From: Candidatus Nomurabacteria bacterium
GTDB taxonomy: Bacteria > Patescibacteriota > Patescibacteriia > HK-STAS-PATE-3
Length of the DNA stretch: 64,000 nt
NCBI GenBank assembly: GCA_023898465.1
Contig: CP060223.1
Location: 288,001-352,000, forward strand
Direction of reading: 5' to 3'
The position numbers were made by a program, and so were the translations under genes. Under the pieces are notes generated by a model. That model was not told the origin of the DNA and did not search any database. It saw only the letters and a list, made by a program, of their open reading frames with translations. The stretch's first letter is position 1. The number at the start of each line of letters is the position of its first letter. Below are positions 43,706 through 52,432 of the stretch, in pieces.

Positions 43706-45496
43706 ATGAGCACCACAACTCAGGAACAGTTTCGGGAGGGGCCGAGCACGTCACGGGCGCGTTGGCTTTTTCGTAACCCAGTCGCCGAAAGCTTTGCCGC
43801 CAGCTTCCCTGAACATAGCGCGGTTATGCTGCAGCTATTGCAGGCACGGGGCTTAGAAAAGCAAACGCAAATTGATGAATTTTTGCAGCCTGATTATGGC
43901 AGCGACGTGCATGACCCTTTCCTTTTTCGTGATATGCACAAAGCGGTTGATCGCATTATTGATGGCGTGAAAAAAAATGAACGCATTGTTGTGTATGGCG
44001 ACTATGATGCTGATGGCGTGTGTGGCGCTTCTGTGCTCTGGTCTACTCTACATGCCCTCGGTGCCAACCCAGGAGTGTATTTACCTGATCGGCAGAGTGA
44101 GGGTTATGGTTTAAATGAAAAAGCCCTAGAGTCGCTTCACTCGCAGGGTTACACTCTCGTAATCACGGTTGATTGCGGTGTGACGAGCGTGGGGGAAGTA
44201 AAGAAGGCAAATGAGTTAGGCATCGACGTTATTATCACTGACCACCATAGCGAGCCGCCGGAGCTACCTGCCGCTTTTGCTATTCTCAACCCAAAACTCG
44301 CTGAAGAAACATATCCATTTCGTGAATTAGCCGGTACTGCTGTAGGTTTTAAACTAGCTCATGCGCTTTTACTTAAAAGTGAGTATGGGAAATCCTTTAA
44401 TCGTGAGCCCCTCGTGCAAGGTTGGGAAAAATGGCTACTTGATTTAGTGGCAATAGCCACTGTAGCAGACATGATGCCGATGTTAGGTGAGAATCGCACG
44501 TTAACCATGTATGGCTTGAAGGTGTTGCAAAAAACCCGCCGCCTGGGATTACGTTCACTTTTCTCTGTCATGCATAATGATCTCGCGAAAGCGGATACCG
44601 AGACTATCGGCTTCATGATAGCTCCACGCTTAAATGCAGCTGGTCGCCTTGATCATGCAAACACTGCTTTTCGTTTACTTGTTACTGAGGACGCCGCTGA
44701 AGCATTCGCACTGGCTGACGATTTAGAACGGACCAATACAGCTCGCCAGGCAGAGACAGAGCGAATCGTTGATGCAGCTATTGAGCAAATTGGATCTGAG
44801 CCCGAGCAACCGATTGTCGGTGCGTATCATCCAGACTGGCAAGTTGGCGTACTGGGATTAGCGGCCGGCCGCCTGGTGCATCGCTATGGACGTCCGGCTA
44901 TTGTTATGGCTAAGGTGCGTGGTCTGGTAACGGGATCAGGACGTTCTATACCTGCGCTAAATCTCATGGAAGCACTTGACCCGCTTCGTCCAAATTTTGA
45001 AAAGTTCGGTGGGCATCCGCAGGCATGTGGCTTCACATTGAAGGCAAATTACACACCAGAGGAATTTGTTATAGATTTTGCCGCGCGCGCCGGAGAGCTG
45101 CTGAAGGGGAGGGAGTTAGCACCGGAATTACTTATTGACGCGGAACTAGTTTTGCATGATGTGAATTGGGATTTACTTGAACAAATTGAGCAACTGGCAC
45201 CTTTTGGACAGAATGCGCGACGTCCAATTTTCGCAGTCCGCAATGTACAGGTCGTTGAAGCGCGCCAGGTAGGCAAGAAAAATCAACACCTCAGCCTTAC
45301 CATTCGTTCTGCGCAGGGGACTGAACATCGTAGCATCGGCTTTACCTGGGGAGAGGAGCACAGTAAACTACCAGTAGGCAAAAATATTGATTTAGCTTTT
45401 GAGCTCAGTGCAGACGAATGGAATGGTGAACGTCGCCTGCAGCTCAAAATACTTGATATTCATTACAGCGATGAAACAGATAATACTTCGATCTGA
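43706..45496 (+). CDS. recJ: single-stranded-DNA-specific exonuclease RecJ
   Basis: DHH family motifs: VVYGDYDADGVCG, ITVDCG, IITDHH, plus GGHPQACG (DHHA1). Confidence 0.9.
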   Translation: MSTTTQEQFREGPSTSRARWLFRNPVAESFAASFPEHSAVMLQLLQARGLEKQTQIDEFLQPDYGSDVHDPFLFRDMHKAVDRIIDGVKKNERIVVYGDYDADGVCGASVLWSTLHALGANPGVYLPDRQSEGYGLNEKALESLHSQGYTLVITVDCGVTSVGEVKKANELGIDVIITDHHSEPPELPAAFAILNPKLAEETYPFRELAGTAVGFKLAHALLLKSEYGKSFNREPLVQGWEKWLLDLVAIATVADMMPMLGENRTLTMYGLKVLQKTRRLGLRSLFSVMHNDLAKADTETIGFMIAPRLNAAGRLDHANTAFRLLVTEDAAEAFALADDLERTNTARQAETERIVDAAIEQIGSEPEQPIVGAYHPDWQVGVLGLAAGRLVHRYGRPAIVMAKVRGLVTGSGRSIPALNLMEALDPLRPNFEKFGGHPQACGFTLKANYTPEEFVIDFAARAGELLKGRELAPELLIDAELVLHDVNWDLLEQIEQLAPFGQNARRPIFAVRNVQVVEARQVGKKNQHLSLTIRSAQGTEHRSIGFTWGEEHSKLPVGKNIDLAFELSADEWNGERRLQLKILDIHYSDETDNTSI

Positions 45497-45881
45497 CGGC
45501 GGCGCGCGGGGCAACCCAGGTCCAGCCGGTATTGGCGTGGTCCTAGAGGCTGATGGGCAAATCGTAGCAGAAATCAGCGAGTATATTGGTGAAGCGACGA
45601 ACAATGTTGCTGAGTACTCAGCCTTGATTGCTGGTCTGAAAAAAGCTAAAGAATTAGCCGCTACAACCGTGCAGTGCTTTCTCGATAGTCAGTTGATTGT
45701 TGAGCAGATGAATTTACGCTACAAAGTAAAAAATCCAGACTTGGGTAAACTTTTCTTGCAAGCGCAAAACCTGGCACACACTTTTAGTAAAGTGACCTAT
45801 CAGCATGTACCGCGCGAATTAAATAAAGCCGCTGATGCGCTGGTGAATAAGGCGATTGATAGTGCGGTGGGCGCTAGCTAA
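45471..45881 (+). CDS. rnhA: ribonuclease HI-type protein
   Basis: ILRSDGGARGNPGPAGIGVVL, TNNVAEYSALI, DSQLIVEQ, NKAADALVN. Overlaps recJ by 26 nt. Confidence 0.8.
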   Translation: MKQIILRSDGGARGNPGPAGIGVVLEADGQIVAEISEYIGEATNNVAEYSALIAGLKKAKELAATTVQCFLDSQLIVEQMNLRYKVKNPDLGKLFLQAQNLAHTFSKVTYQHVPRELNKAADALVNKAIDSAVGAS

Positions 45882-45891
45882 CTTTATTCGC

Positions 45892-46281
45892 ATGCACAAG
45901 GACATTGAATTATATAACAGGGCTTTAACGGCAAAAGAAAAAGCCATTTGCACAACGCTTGCTCACAGCATTGACGAGAGTCTTAAGTTGGCAGAAAGTA
46001 AAATATGGCACGCCCATCCGGTTTGGTTCTTAGCCGGTAATCCCATTGTCGGGTATAGTAAAATGAAGGAAGGTGTTCGGATACTTTTTTGGAGCGGCCA
46101 ATCCTTTGATGAGGAAAAGTTACAACCCGAAGGAAGTTTTAAAGCAGCTGAAGCCAGATATACTAATGTGAAGCAAATGAATAAAACTGACCTTAAAAGG
46201 TGGCTAAAAAAGGCAAAAGAAATTCAGTGGGACTACAAAAATATAGTCAAGCGAAAAGGACGACTTGAGAGGTTGAAATAG
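45892..46281 (+). CDS. DUF1801 (YdhG-like) domain protein
   Basis: 129 aa. HPVWFLAGNPIVGYSKMKEGVRILFWSG resembles DUF1801. Recalled from memory; not searched. Confidence 0.55.
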   Translation: MHKDIELYNRALTAKEKAICTTLAHSIDESLKLAESKIWHAHPVWFLAGNPIVGYSKMKEGVRILFWSGQSFDEEKLQPEGSFKAAEARYTNVKQMNKTDLKRWLKKAKEIQWDYKNIVKRKGRLERLK

Positions 46282-46324
46282 CGTTGTGTTAACTAGACGG
46301 TTCTTGATGGTGAGTTTTTTTATT

Positions 46325-46513
46325 TAAACAAAGAAAAAGACCCCCCATCAGATGTGCTAATGGGGGGTAGGGACGGGTCTCGGCGGCACCTTAGGGCACC
46401 AGGGGTCCGCTCTGTTCTACGGTCAACTTTTTCACGTCTCAAGGGACGTGCCAAAGAGTGCTGAACAATCACAGACCGCGTTGGCCACTGTATGCACTCG
46501 CTCACCATCCCGT
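46325..46513 (-). ncRNA. candidate orphan ncRNA (~190 nt) with own promoter and terminator
   Basis: On the minus strand: TTGACG (46548-46543), 17-nt spacer, TAGCTT (46525-46520). GC-rich body with a CACGTC/GACGTG hairpin. Terminator ACCCCCCAT-11 nt-ATGGGGGGT followed by CTTTTTCTTTG (46368-46325). Confidence 0.35.
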
Positions 46514-46629
46514 GTGCAGAAGCTAACAAAAACTACCTTTTGCGTCAATAGAGAGTATGACAATTACCAACTTTCCTTGCAAAAAAGGTCATTTTCAGGC
46601 ACTATTAGCCCGTACTTAACCACACACCT

Positions 46630-49386
46630 ATGCGCATGCGACGATGGATTCTCACAATAGTAGCAGTAGTTTTTGTGCTCAGTGCTTTAATTGCAGCTTT
46701 AGCGAACACCATAACAGATTGGTGGTGGTTTCAATCGATTCAGCAGACTGATCTCTTCCTCACGCCATTGTATACACAACTACTCTTAGGTTTCGGAGTA
46801 GGCTTATTTGTGGCTCTACTTTTCTTTTTTAATACCTATTTAGTTGGTCGTTTCGCGCGTACGCCATCAAAGACTTTTCAATGGTCACAACGAAAAGGGG
46901 ATGCTGTAGAAATTAAGTCGGTAGCGGTGGCGCCATTTGCTCGCAAGATAAGCATGGTCTTTGCCTTGCTCCTTGGGTTAATTTTTGGATTTACTGCGGC
47001 TAGTCACTGGGAAACCGTGCAACTATTCCTTCATCGTGTGGCTGTTGGACAGACCGATCCATTATTTGGGCGTGATGTGAGTTATTACTTTTTCACGCTG
47101 CCTTTTGTAAAGATTGTGGTACAGACGGCTTTTGCGGCCATGTTACTACTCACCATAACGACCATTGTTTTGTATTTTGTGCATGGTGCCTTAGAAGTTG
47201 GTCGTCGCATTATGGGGCGGGATCGACTGGGTATGAAGACTTTAGTAAGCGCCGCACGTCAGCATCTGTCCATTATCAGCGCGATTCTTTTCGCCTTAGT
47301 CGCTGTTCAGCTTTATTTCATCGCAGTTCCGGATTTAGTGTATAGCGCTACTGGTCCAATCACTGGAGCGAGTTATACCGATGTCCACATCCGCTTGCCC
47401 ATCCTTTATATCGGCACGGGTATTGCGATTCTTCTAGCCGTCAGTCTACTTGCCCACAGTATTAAATCCTCTACACGTTGGGTGGCTGGATTTGCCGGAG
47501 CTTTTCTAGTTCTCTTCATTGTCGGTGGTTGGTTAGTGCCTGATTTGTTGCAGCGCTTCGTTGTTTTACCGAACGAATTAGATAAAGAGTCGGAGTATAT
47601 CACCCGTCATCTCGAGGCTACTCGGCAAGCCTATGGTTTAGATACCATTGAGAAACGTGATCTATCCGGTGACACCGCACTAACCCGGAGTGATATTGAT
47701 GCGAATCCTGGCACAATTAAAAATGTTCGCTTGTGGGATCGCGATCCACTTCTTGATACCTTTAGCCAGATTCAGGAAATTCGCACCTACTATGAGTTTA
47801 ATTCGATCGATAATGATCGCTATACCATCAATGGTGATTATCGTCAGGTGCTATTGTCACCCCGTGAATTGGAGGCTGGGAATCTCCCTCAGCGTAATTT
47901 TATTAACGAGCATCTAACCTTCACCCACGGATATGGACTTACCTTGGGTCCTGTGAACGAAGTCACACCAGAAGGTTTACCAGTGCTATTTGTGCAGGAT
48001 ATTCCACCAAGCTCTTCCACTAATGTTGAGGTGAAGCGTCCGGAAATTTACTTCGGTGAATTAGCAAATGATTACGTCGTAGTAGATAGCGGTGCGAAAG
48101 AGTTTGATTATCCATCCGGTGAGGAAAATGTCTTCAGTGATTACAGTGGAGATGGGGGAGTGCAGGTGAACTCTCTATTCCGTAAGTTGCTCTACGCTAT
48201 TCGCTTCCAATCAAGTAAATTCCTGTTCTCCTCAGATATCAAAGGCGACTCACGCGTCATGTACTACCGTGATATTCAGGATCGAGTGCAGCGTACCTTG
48301 CCGTTTTTACGCTTTGATGGTGACCCATATCTCGTGGTGCGTGATGATGGTTCCTTGACTTGGATCTACGACGCGTATACCACCTCGAATGCGTATCCAT
48401 ATGCCGAGCGAGTCTCTGATGCACTCCTACAGCATAATAGCGGTGGGCTCTATGGTCAGATTAACTACATTCGCAATGCGGTAAAAGTGAGCATTGATGG
48501 ATATACAGGCGCCATGACCTTCTATGTCGCGGACGCTAATGATGCAATTATTCAGGCATATCAGGGCGTTTTCCCGGCTAGCTTCACCTCAATGAATGAA
48601 ATGCCGGATGATTTGCGTTCACATATCCGCTTCCCAGAAGATATGTTCCAGTATTTGACCAACATCTACTCGATCTATCACATGGAGGATGCGCAAATCT
48701 TCTATAACCGCGAGGACCAGTGGTCGATTCCAACCCGGCCAAATGAAAGCTCTGATCCCTTCATGCGACATATGATTATGCGCTTGCCAGAAGAGGAAAA
48801 AGAGGAATACATCCTCATGCTTCCTTTCACGCCTAGGGGTAAAGATAATCTCTCAGCCTGGATGGTTGCCCGAAATGACGGCCAACACTACGGTCAATTG
48901 GTTGTGTATCGATTCCCGAAACAAAAGTTAGTGTATGGCCCAATCCAGATCATCAATCGTATTAACCAGGATCCGGATATTTCGCGACAAATTTCACTTT
49001 GGGATCAGCGCGGCTCAGAGGTTATTCGTGGTAACTTGTTGGTTATCCCGATTGAGTCATCCTTGCTTTATGTGCAGCCAATTTATCTCCGTGCCGAAGG
49101 AGGACGCATCCCAGAGTTGAAGCGCGTCATTGTAGCGCATGAAAACAAGATCGCCATGGAGGAAACGCTTGATCAAGCCTTGATTCGACTTTTCCCTCGT
49201 GATGGAGAGGCGCCAGCACCGAGCAATACCACCGATGAAGAGACTGATACCACGGACGCAAGTGTGGCGCAGCAGGCCAGCGATGCATACCAGCGAGCCT
49301 TAGATGCGCAGCGGAATGGCGACTGGACGACCTATGGCGAGGAGATACAGCGTCTCGGTGAGTTGCTTGGGCAGCTAAACCAATAG
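46630..49386 (+). CDS. UPF0182 family large membrane protein
   Basis: 918 aa. About 7 N-terminal TM helices plus a large soluble region. Hallmark LLYVQPIYLRAEGGRIPELKRVIVAHENKIAME. Confidence 0.8.
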   Translation: MRMRRWILTIVAVVFVLSALIAALANTITDWWWFQSIQQTDLFLTPLYTQLLLGFGVGLFVALLFFFNTYLVGRFARTPSKTFQWSQRKGDAVEIKSVAVAPFARKISMVFALLLGLIFGFTAASHWETVQLFLHRVAVGQTDPLFGRDVSYYFFTLPFVKIVVQTAFAAMLLLTITTIVLYFVHGALEVGRRIMGRDRLGMKTLVSAARQHLSIISAILFALVAVQLYFIAVPDLVYSATGPITGASYTDVHIRLPILYIGTGIAILLAVSLLAHSIKSSTRWVAGFAGAFLVLFIVGGWLVPDLLQRFVVLPNELDKESEYITRHLEATRQAYGLDTIEKRDLSGDTALTRSDIDANPGTIKNVRLWDRDPLLDTFSQIQEIRTYYEFNSIDNDRYTINGDYRQVLLSPRELEAGNLPQRNFINEHLTFTHGYGLTLGPVNEVTPEGLPVLFVQDIPPSSSTNVEVKRPEIYFGELANDYVVVDSGAKEFDYPSGEENVFSDYSGDGGVQVNSLFRKLLYAIRFQSSKFLFSSDIKGDSRVMYYRDIQDRVQRTLPFLRFDGDPYLVVRDDGSLTWIYDAYTTSNAYPYAERVSDALLQHNSGGLYGQINYIRNAVKVSIDGYTGAMTFYVADANDAIIQAYQGVFPASFTSMNEMPDDLRSHIRFPEDMFQYLTNIYSIYHMEDAQIFYNREDQWSIPTRPNESSDPFMRHMIMRLPEEEKEEYILMLPFTPRGKDNLSAWMVARNDGQHYGQLVVYRFPKQKLVYGPIQIINRINQDPDISRQISLWDQRGSEVIRGNLLVIPIESSLLYVQPIYLRAEGGRIPELKRVIVAHENKIAMEETLDQALIRLFPRDGEAPAPSNTTDEETDTTDASVAQQASDAYQRALDAQRNGDWTTYGEEIQRLGELLGQLNQ

Positions 49387-49387
49387 C

Positions 49388-49954
49388 ATGAAACGGGGGA
49401 TCAAGGTACTGCTTATTTCCGACGCTTGGATTAATCTTGCCTTAGGCATGATAGGTCCGATTTACGCTATTTTTGTGGAAGACATTGGCGGGGACCTCCT
49501 GGACGCGAGCTGGGCGTATTCCGTTTACATGATCACTGCTGGAGTTGTGATGTTTTTGCTTGGTAAGTGGGAGGATCGCGCCAAACACAAGGAAAAGTTT
49601 GTGGTTATTGGTTATGCGCTTATTAGCCTAGCGTGTTTCATGTATATTTTTGTGAATAGTCAGATTATGCTTTTGTTCACGCAGGCAGTACTTGGACTTT
49701 CTCTCGCCGTGCTCAGTCCGTCATTTGATGCCATTTATTCACATTTTGTGAAGCGTAAAGAAGAGGCCTCAAATTGGGGTATTTGGGAAGCGATGAGTTA
49801 TGTAGTGACCGCCATTGCCGCGATCATTGGAGGCTATGTCGCGGACGGTTTCGGTTTCCGCACCCTTTTCATTGTCATGTTTGTTATTTCCTTATTTGGT
49901 ACAAGTTATAGCATGCATTTGTATCGAGGTAAGAAGTATTTGAATCGGGGATGA
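49388..49954 (+). CDS. half-size (6-TM) MFS-like transporter protein
   Basis: 188 aa and 6 hydrophobic helices. The loop motif GKWEDRAKHK resembles the MFS TM2-3 loop. Confidence 0.5.
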   Translation: MKRGIKVLLISDAWINLALGMIGPIYAIFVEDIGGDLLDASWAYSVYMITAGVVMFLLGKWEDRAKHKEKFVVIGYALISLACFMYIFVNSQIMLLFTQAVLGLSLAVLSPSFDAIYSHFVKRKEEASNWGIWEAMSYVVTAIAAIIGGYVADGFGFRTLFIVMFVISLFGTSYSMHLYRGKKYLNRG

Positions 49955-49971
49955 TTCGAATGAATATGAGA

Positions 49972-50009
49972 AGAACAGGGACCACGCGAAGGCATAGTCC
50001 CTGTGTTCT
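49972..50009. terminator. stem-loop between convergent genes
   Basis: ACAGGGAC (49975-49982) pairs with GTCCCTGT (49997-50004), extended with a bulge. U-tracts are weak on both strands. Confidence 0.4.
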
Positions 50010-50010
50010 G

Positions 50011-50490
50011 CTATTCACCGCTTGATCCGGCGCCGATCGAGGCTCCAAACACCGTCACTCCGTCGCGTTGTCCGATCATCAAGTCAACCGGTGGGAGTTG
50101 GATGAACTTCATCACATAAGGGTTCAGATACTGCAGTACCCGGAAGTGGGCAGCGTATCCGAGTATCGGGTCAAATCCGTCCGAAGGTTGGAAGCCAAGC
50201 GTTGCTGATACACCGAGGAAAGGAAGCGGTTGCACATGGACATGGCCGCCCAACATCCAGAGGATTTCCTTGTCCTCGACCTGCAGGCAGACTTGGGGTC
50301 CGACCGAGAGGTGGCTGAGAGGAAAAAGTCGATGGTACTGACCGTCGAGACGCAGTTCGTCTTCTTCATCGACTCTGGTGTCGCCACCAACGATGATTGC
50401 TCCGAACTTGGGATGAGTATCGTCGTCAGCCAGGCTTGTCCCAGCCATCAAGCCTAGCAGTAACAGTGAAAAAAGAACGCACACTTTCAT
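50011..50490 (-). CDS. orphan secreted protein (signal peptide), elevated GC
   Basis: SD GGAGGG 6 nt upstream of ATG 50490. MKVCVLFSLLLLGLMAGTSLADDD is signal-like. No family recognised. Confidence 0.6.
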   Translation of the reverse strand: MKVCVLFSLLLLGLMAGTSLADDDTHPKFGAIIVGGDTRVDEEDELRLDGQYHRLFPLSHLSVGPQVCLQVEDKEILWMLGGHVHVQPLPFLGVSATLGFQPSDGFDPILGYAAHFRVLQYLNPYVMKFIQLPPVDLMIGQRDGVTVFGASIGAGSSGE

Positions 50491-50578
50491 GGCACACCCT
50501 CCGTATGCATAGTGGAAACTGACGCTTACTATGGTACTCCAGGAGGGACTATCTCGCAAAAAGTGGAGAAATAGCAAC

Positions 50579-50607
50579 TTGACAAACAGGCGCTTTTTCG
50601 GTATGTT
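50579..50607 (+). promoter_or_regulatory. sigma70-type promoter of rnpB
   Basis: TTGACA, 17-nt spacer, TATGTT. The -10 element ends 5 nt before the first P1 base. Confidence 0.7.
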
Positions 50608-50612
50608 CGCAT

Positions 50613-51031
50613 GTGCTGACGTGCGCCGGATGACTGCTCCGCCTTAGGTGGAGAGGAAAGTCCGAACACCCCCCAAGCCCCCCATTTTTGAGAGGTTTGT
50701 GGAAGTAGGTCGTTCCGAAAGGGAACCGAGCAATTGGTTGTAAGCTTTCGGCCGAATAACCAATGGTTTAGGGAAAGTGTCACAGAGACAATACTGCCGA
50801 TGATCTCGCTTAGCGGGATACAGGTAATAGGTGAAAAGTAAGGGCCTAAGAATCCTTTCTCTTCATAGGTGACTATGAGGAGTGAAAAACCCGACCTGGT
50901 GCAAGATCGCATAGGTCTAGTCATTCGACTGGACGGGTAGATCGCATGATCCCGACGGCGACGTCGGGGCTAGAGAGATAGTCATCCCTCATTATGAGGA
51001 CAGAATTCGGCTTATAGGTGTGCGTCAGCAC
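50613..51031 (+). ncRNA. rnpB: RNase P RNA (bacterial type A)
   Basis: P1 pairs GTGCTGACG (50613-50621) with CGTCAGCAC (51023-51031). Conserved GAGGAAAGTCCGAAC, ACAGAGACAATACTGCC and ACAGAATTCGGCTTATAGG blocks are present. Confidence 0.92.
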
Positions 51032-51043
51032 CTAAGAGAATTT

Positions 51044-52432
51044 ATGAAAAAGCTTGAATTGGTAATTAGCGCAATTCTTGTACCGATCGACTGGCTTATG
51101 ATCGTTGCTGCTGGTTTGGCTTCGTATTACCTACGTTTCACCAGTTTTGCTGAATTGCGACCGGTTATTTATGAAATGCCATTTGATGAGTACGTTAATA
51201 TCGTGCTCGGAGTGGCAGTGTTATGGCTGCTTATTTTTGCCATGAGCGGTCTCTATAGCTTAGGTGGTCGTGTCCGATGGGTTGATGAATTCGCAAAGGT
51301 CTTTTTTGCCTGTTCAACCGGAGTTATGCTCCTGATTATTTTGATTTTCTTCCAGCGTGAACTTTTTTCTTCACGTTTTATTATTGTATCCGGCTGGGTG
51401 CTTAGCATACTTTTTGTGGCCCTAGCCCGCATTGTGGTTCGCGTTGTACAACATTCCTTATATGTGAAAGGTGTGGGTGTGCATCGTTTAGCTCTGGTAG
51501 GTAATAGTGGATCTCAGCATGAATTACAGAATCACATTAGCAATCATCCTGGGTTAGGCATGCGTGTGGTGCATACCTATGGGCAAGCAGATGAAAGCGT
51601 TCTTCCTCAGCTGGAAACGCTTATGCAACAGCGTGCCATTGACGAGCTAGTGGTCACTGATGCACGGATGCCAAAAGAAGCTATGTTGAAGTTGATCGAA
51701 TTGGCAAATGATTATCATGTAAATTTTAAATATGCGGCAGATCGTTTTGAGACCATGGCGTCAAGTATTAGTACGCAAACGCTGGGTGGTATACCGATCA
51801 TTGAATTGTGCCGCACACCGCTCGATGGTTGGGGTAAGATATTGAAACGCAGCTTCGATATTTTTGGCGCGGTGATAGGTCTCATCATTCTTATTCCAGT
51901 CGGCGCAATAGTCGCCTTAGCTATCTCCATAGACAATCCAGGTCCGATCTTTGTTCGACTTGAGCGGATAGGTAAAGCAAATAAACGATTCCATCTTTAT
52001 AAGTTTCGTTCCATGGTGCCAAATGCGCATGCTATGAAGCCACAACTCATGCAAATGAATGAGCGAAATGATGGACCCCTCTTTAAAATGAAAAACGATC
52101 CACGCATTACGCGAGTTGGTCGCTTCCTCCGGGTTTCCAGTATTGATGAGCTACCGCAGCTATGGAACGTGTTAAAAGGTGAAATGAGTTTAGTGGGCCC
52201 TCGTCCACATGAGCCAGAAGAGGTGGCAAAGTATTCGCGCAACGATCGCAGCCTGCTGACTGTGAAGCCGGGGATTACCGGCCTGGCACAGATTTCCGGT
52301 CGTTCTACACTTAGCTTTGAGGAAGAGGTGCGCTTGGATCTCTATTACATTGAGCATTGGTCGCTTCGTCTAGATCTGCATATACTCGTAAAAACACCCG
52401 CAGTCGTGTTGTCGACTCGTTCCGCCGCATGA
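51044..52432 (+). CDS. polyprenyl-phosphate hexose-1-phosphate transferase (WbaP/bacterial sugar transferase family)
   Basis: N-terminal TM helices. C-terminal IGKANKRFHLYKFRSM, DELPQLWNVLKGEMSLVGPRP, PGITGLAQ. Start moved to 51044 to clear rnpB. Confidence 0.88.
   Translation: MKKLELVISAILVPIDWLMIVAAGLASYYLRFTSFAELRPVIYEMPFDEYVNIVLGVAVLWLLIFAMSGLYSLGGRVRWVDEFAKVFFACSTGVMLLIILIFFQRELFSSRFIIVSGWVLSILFVALARIVVRVVQHSLYVKGVGVHRLALVGNSGSQHELQNHISNHPGLGMRVVHTYGQADESVLPQLETLMQQRAIDELVVTDARMPKEAMLKLIELANDYHVNFKYAADRFETMASSISTQTLGGIPIIELCRTPLDGWGKILKRSFDIFGAVIGLIILIPVGAIVALAISIDNPGPIFVRLERIGKANKRFHLYKFRSMVPNAHAMKPQLMQMNERNDGPLFKMKNDPRITRVGRFLRVSSIDELPQLWNVLKGEMSLVGPRPHEPEEVAKYSRNDRSLLTVKPGITGLAQISGRSTLSFEEEVRLDLYYIEHWSLRLDLHILVKTPAVVLSTRSAA

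Noticed and set aside
46320-46529. A 69-aa minus-strand ORF.
   Set aside because: It starts upstream of the predicted TSS and reads straight through a canonical terminator hairpin and its U-tract, so an RNA product is more likely.
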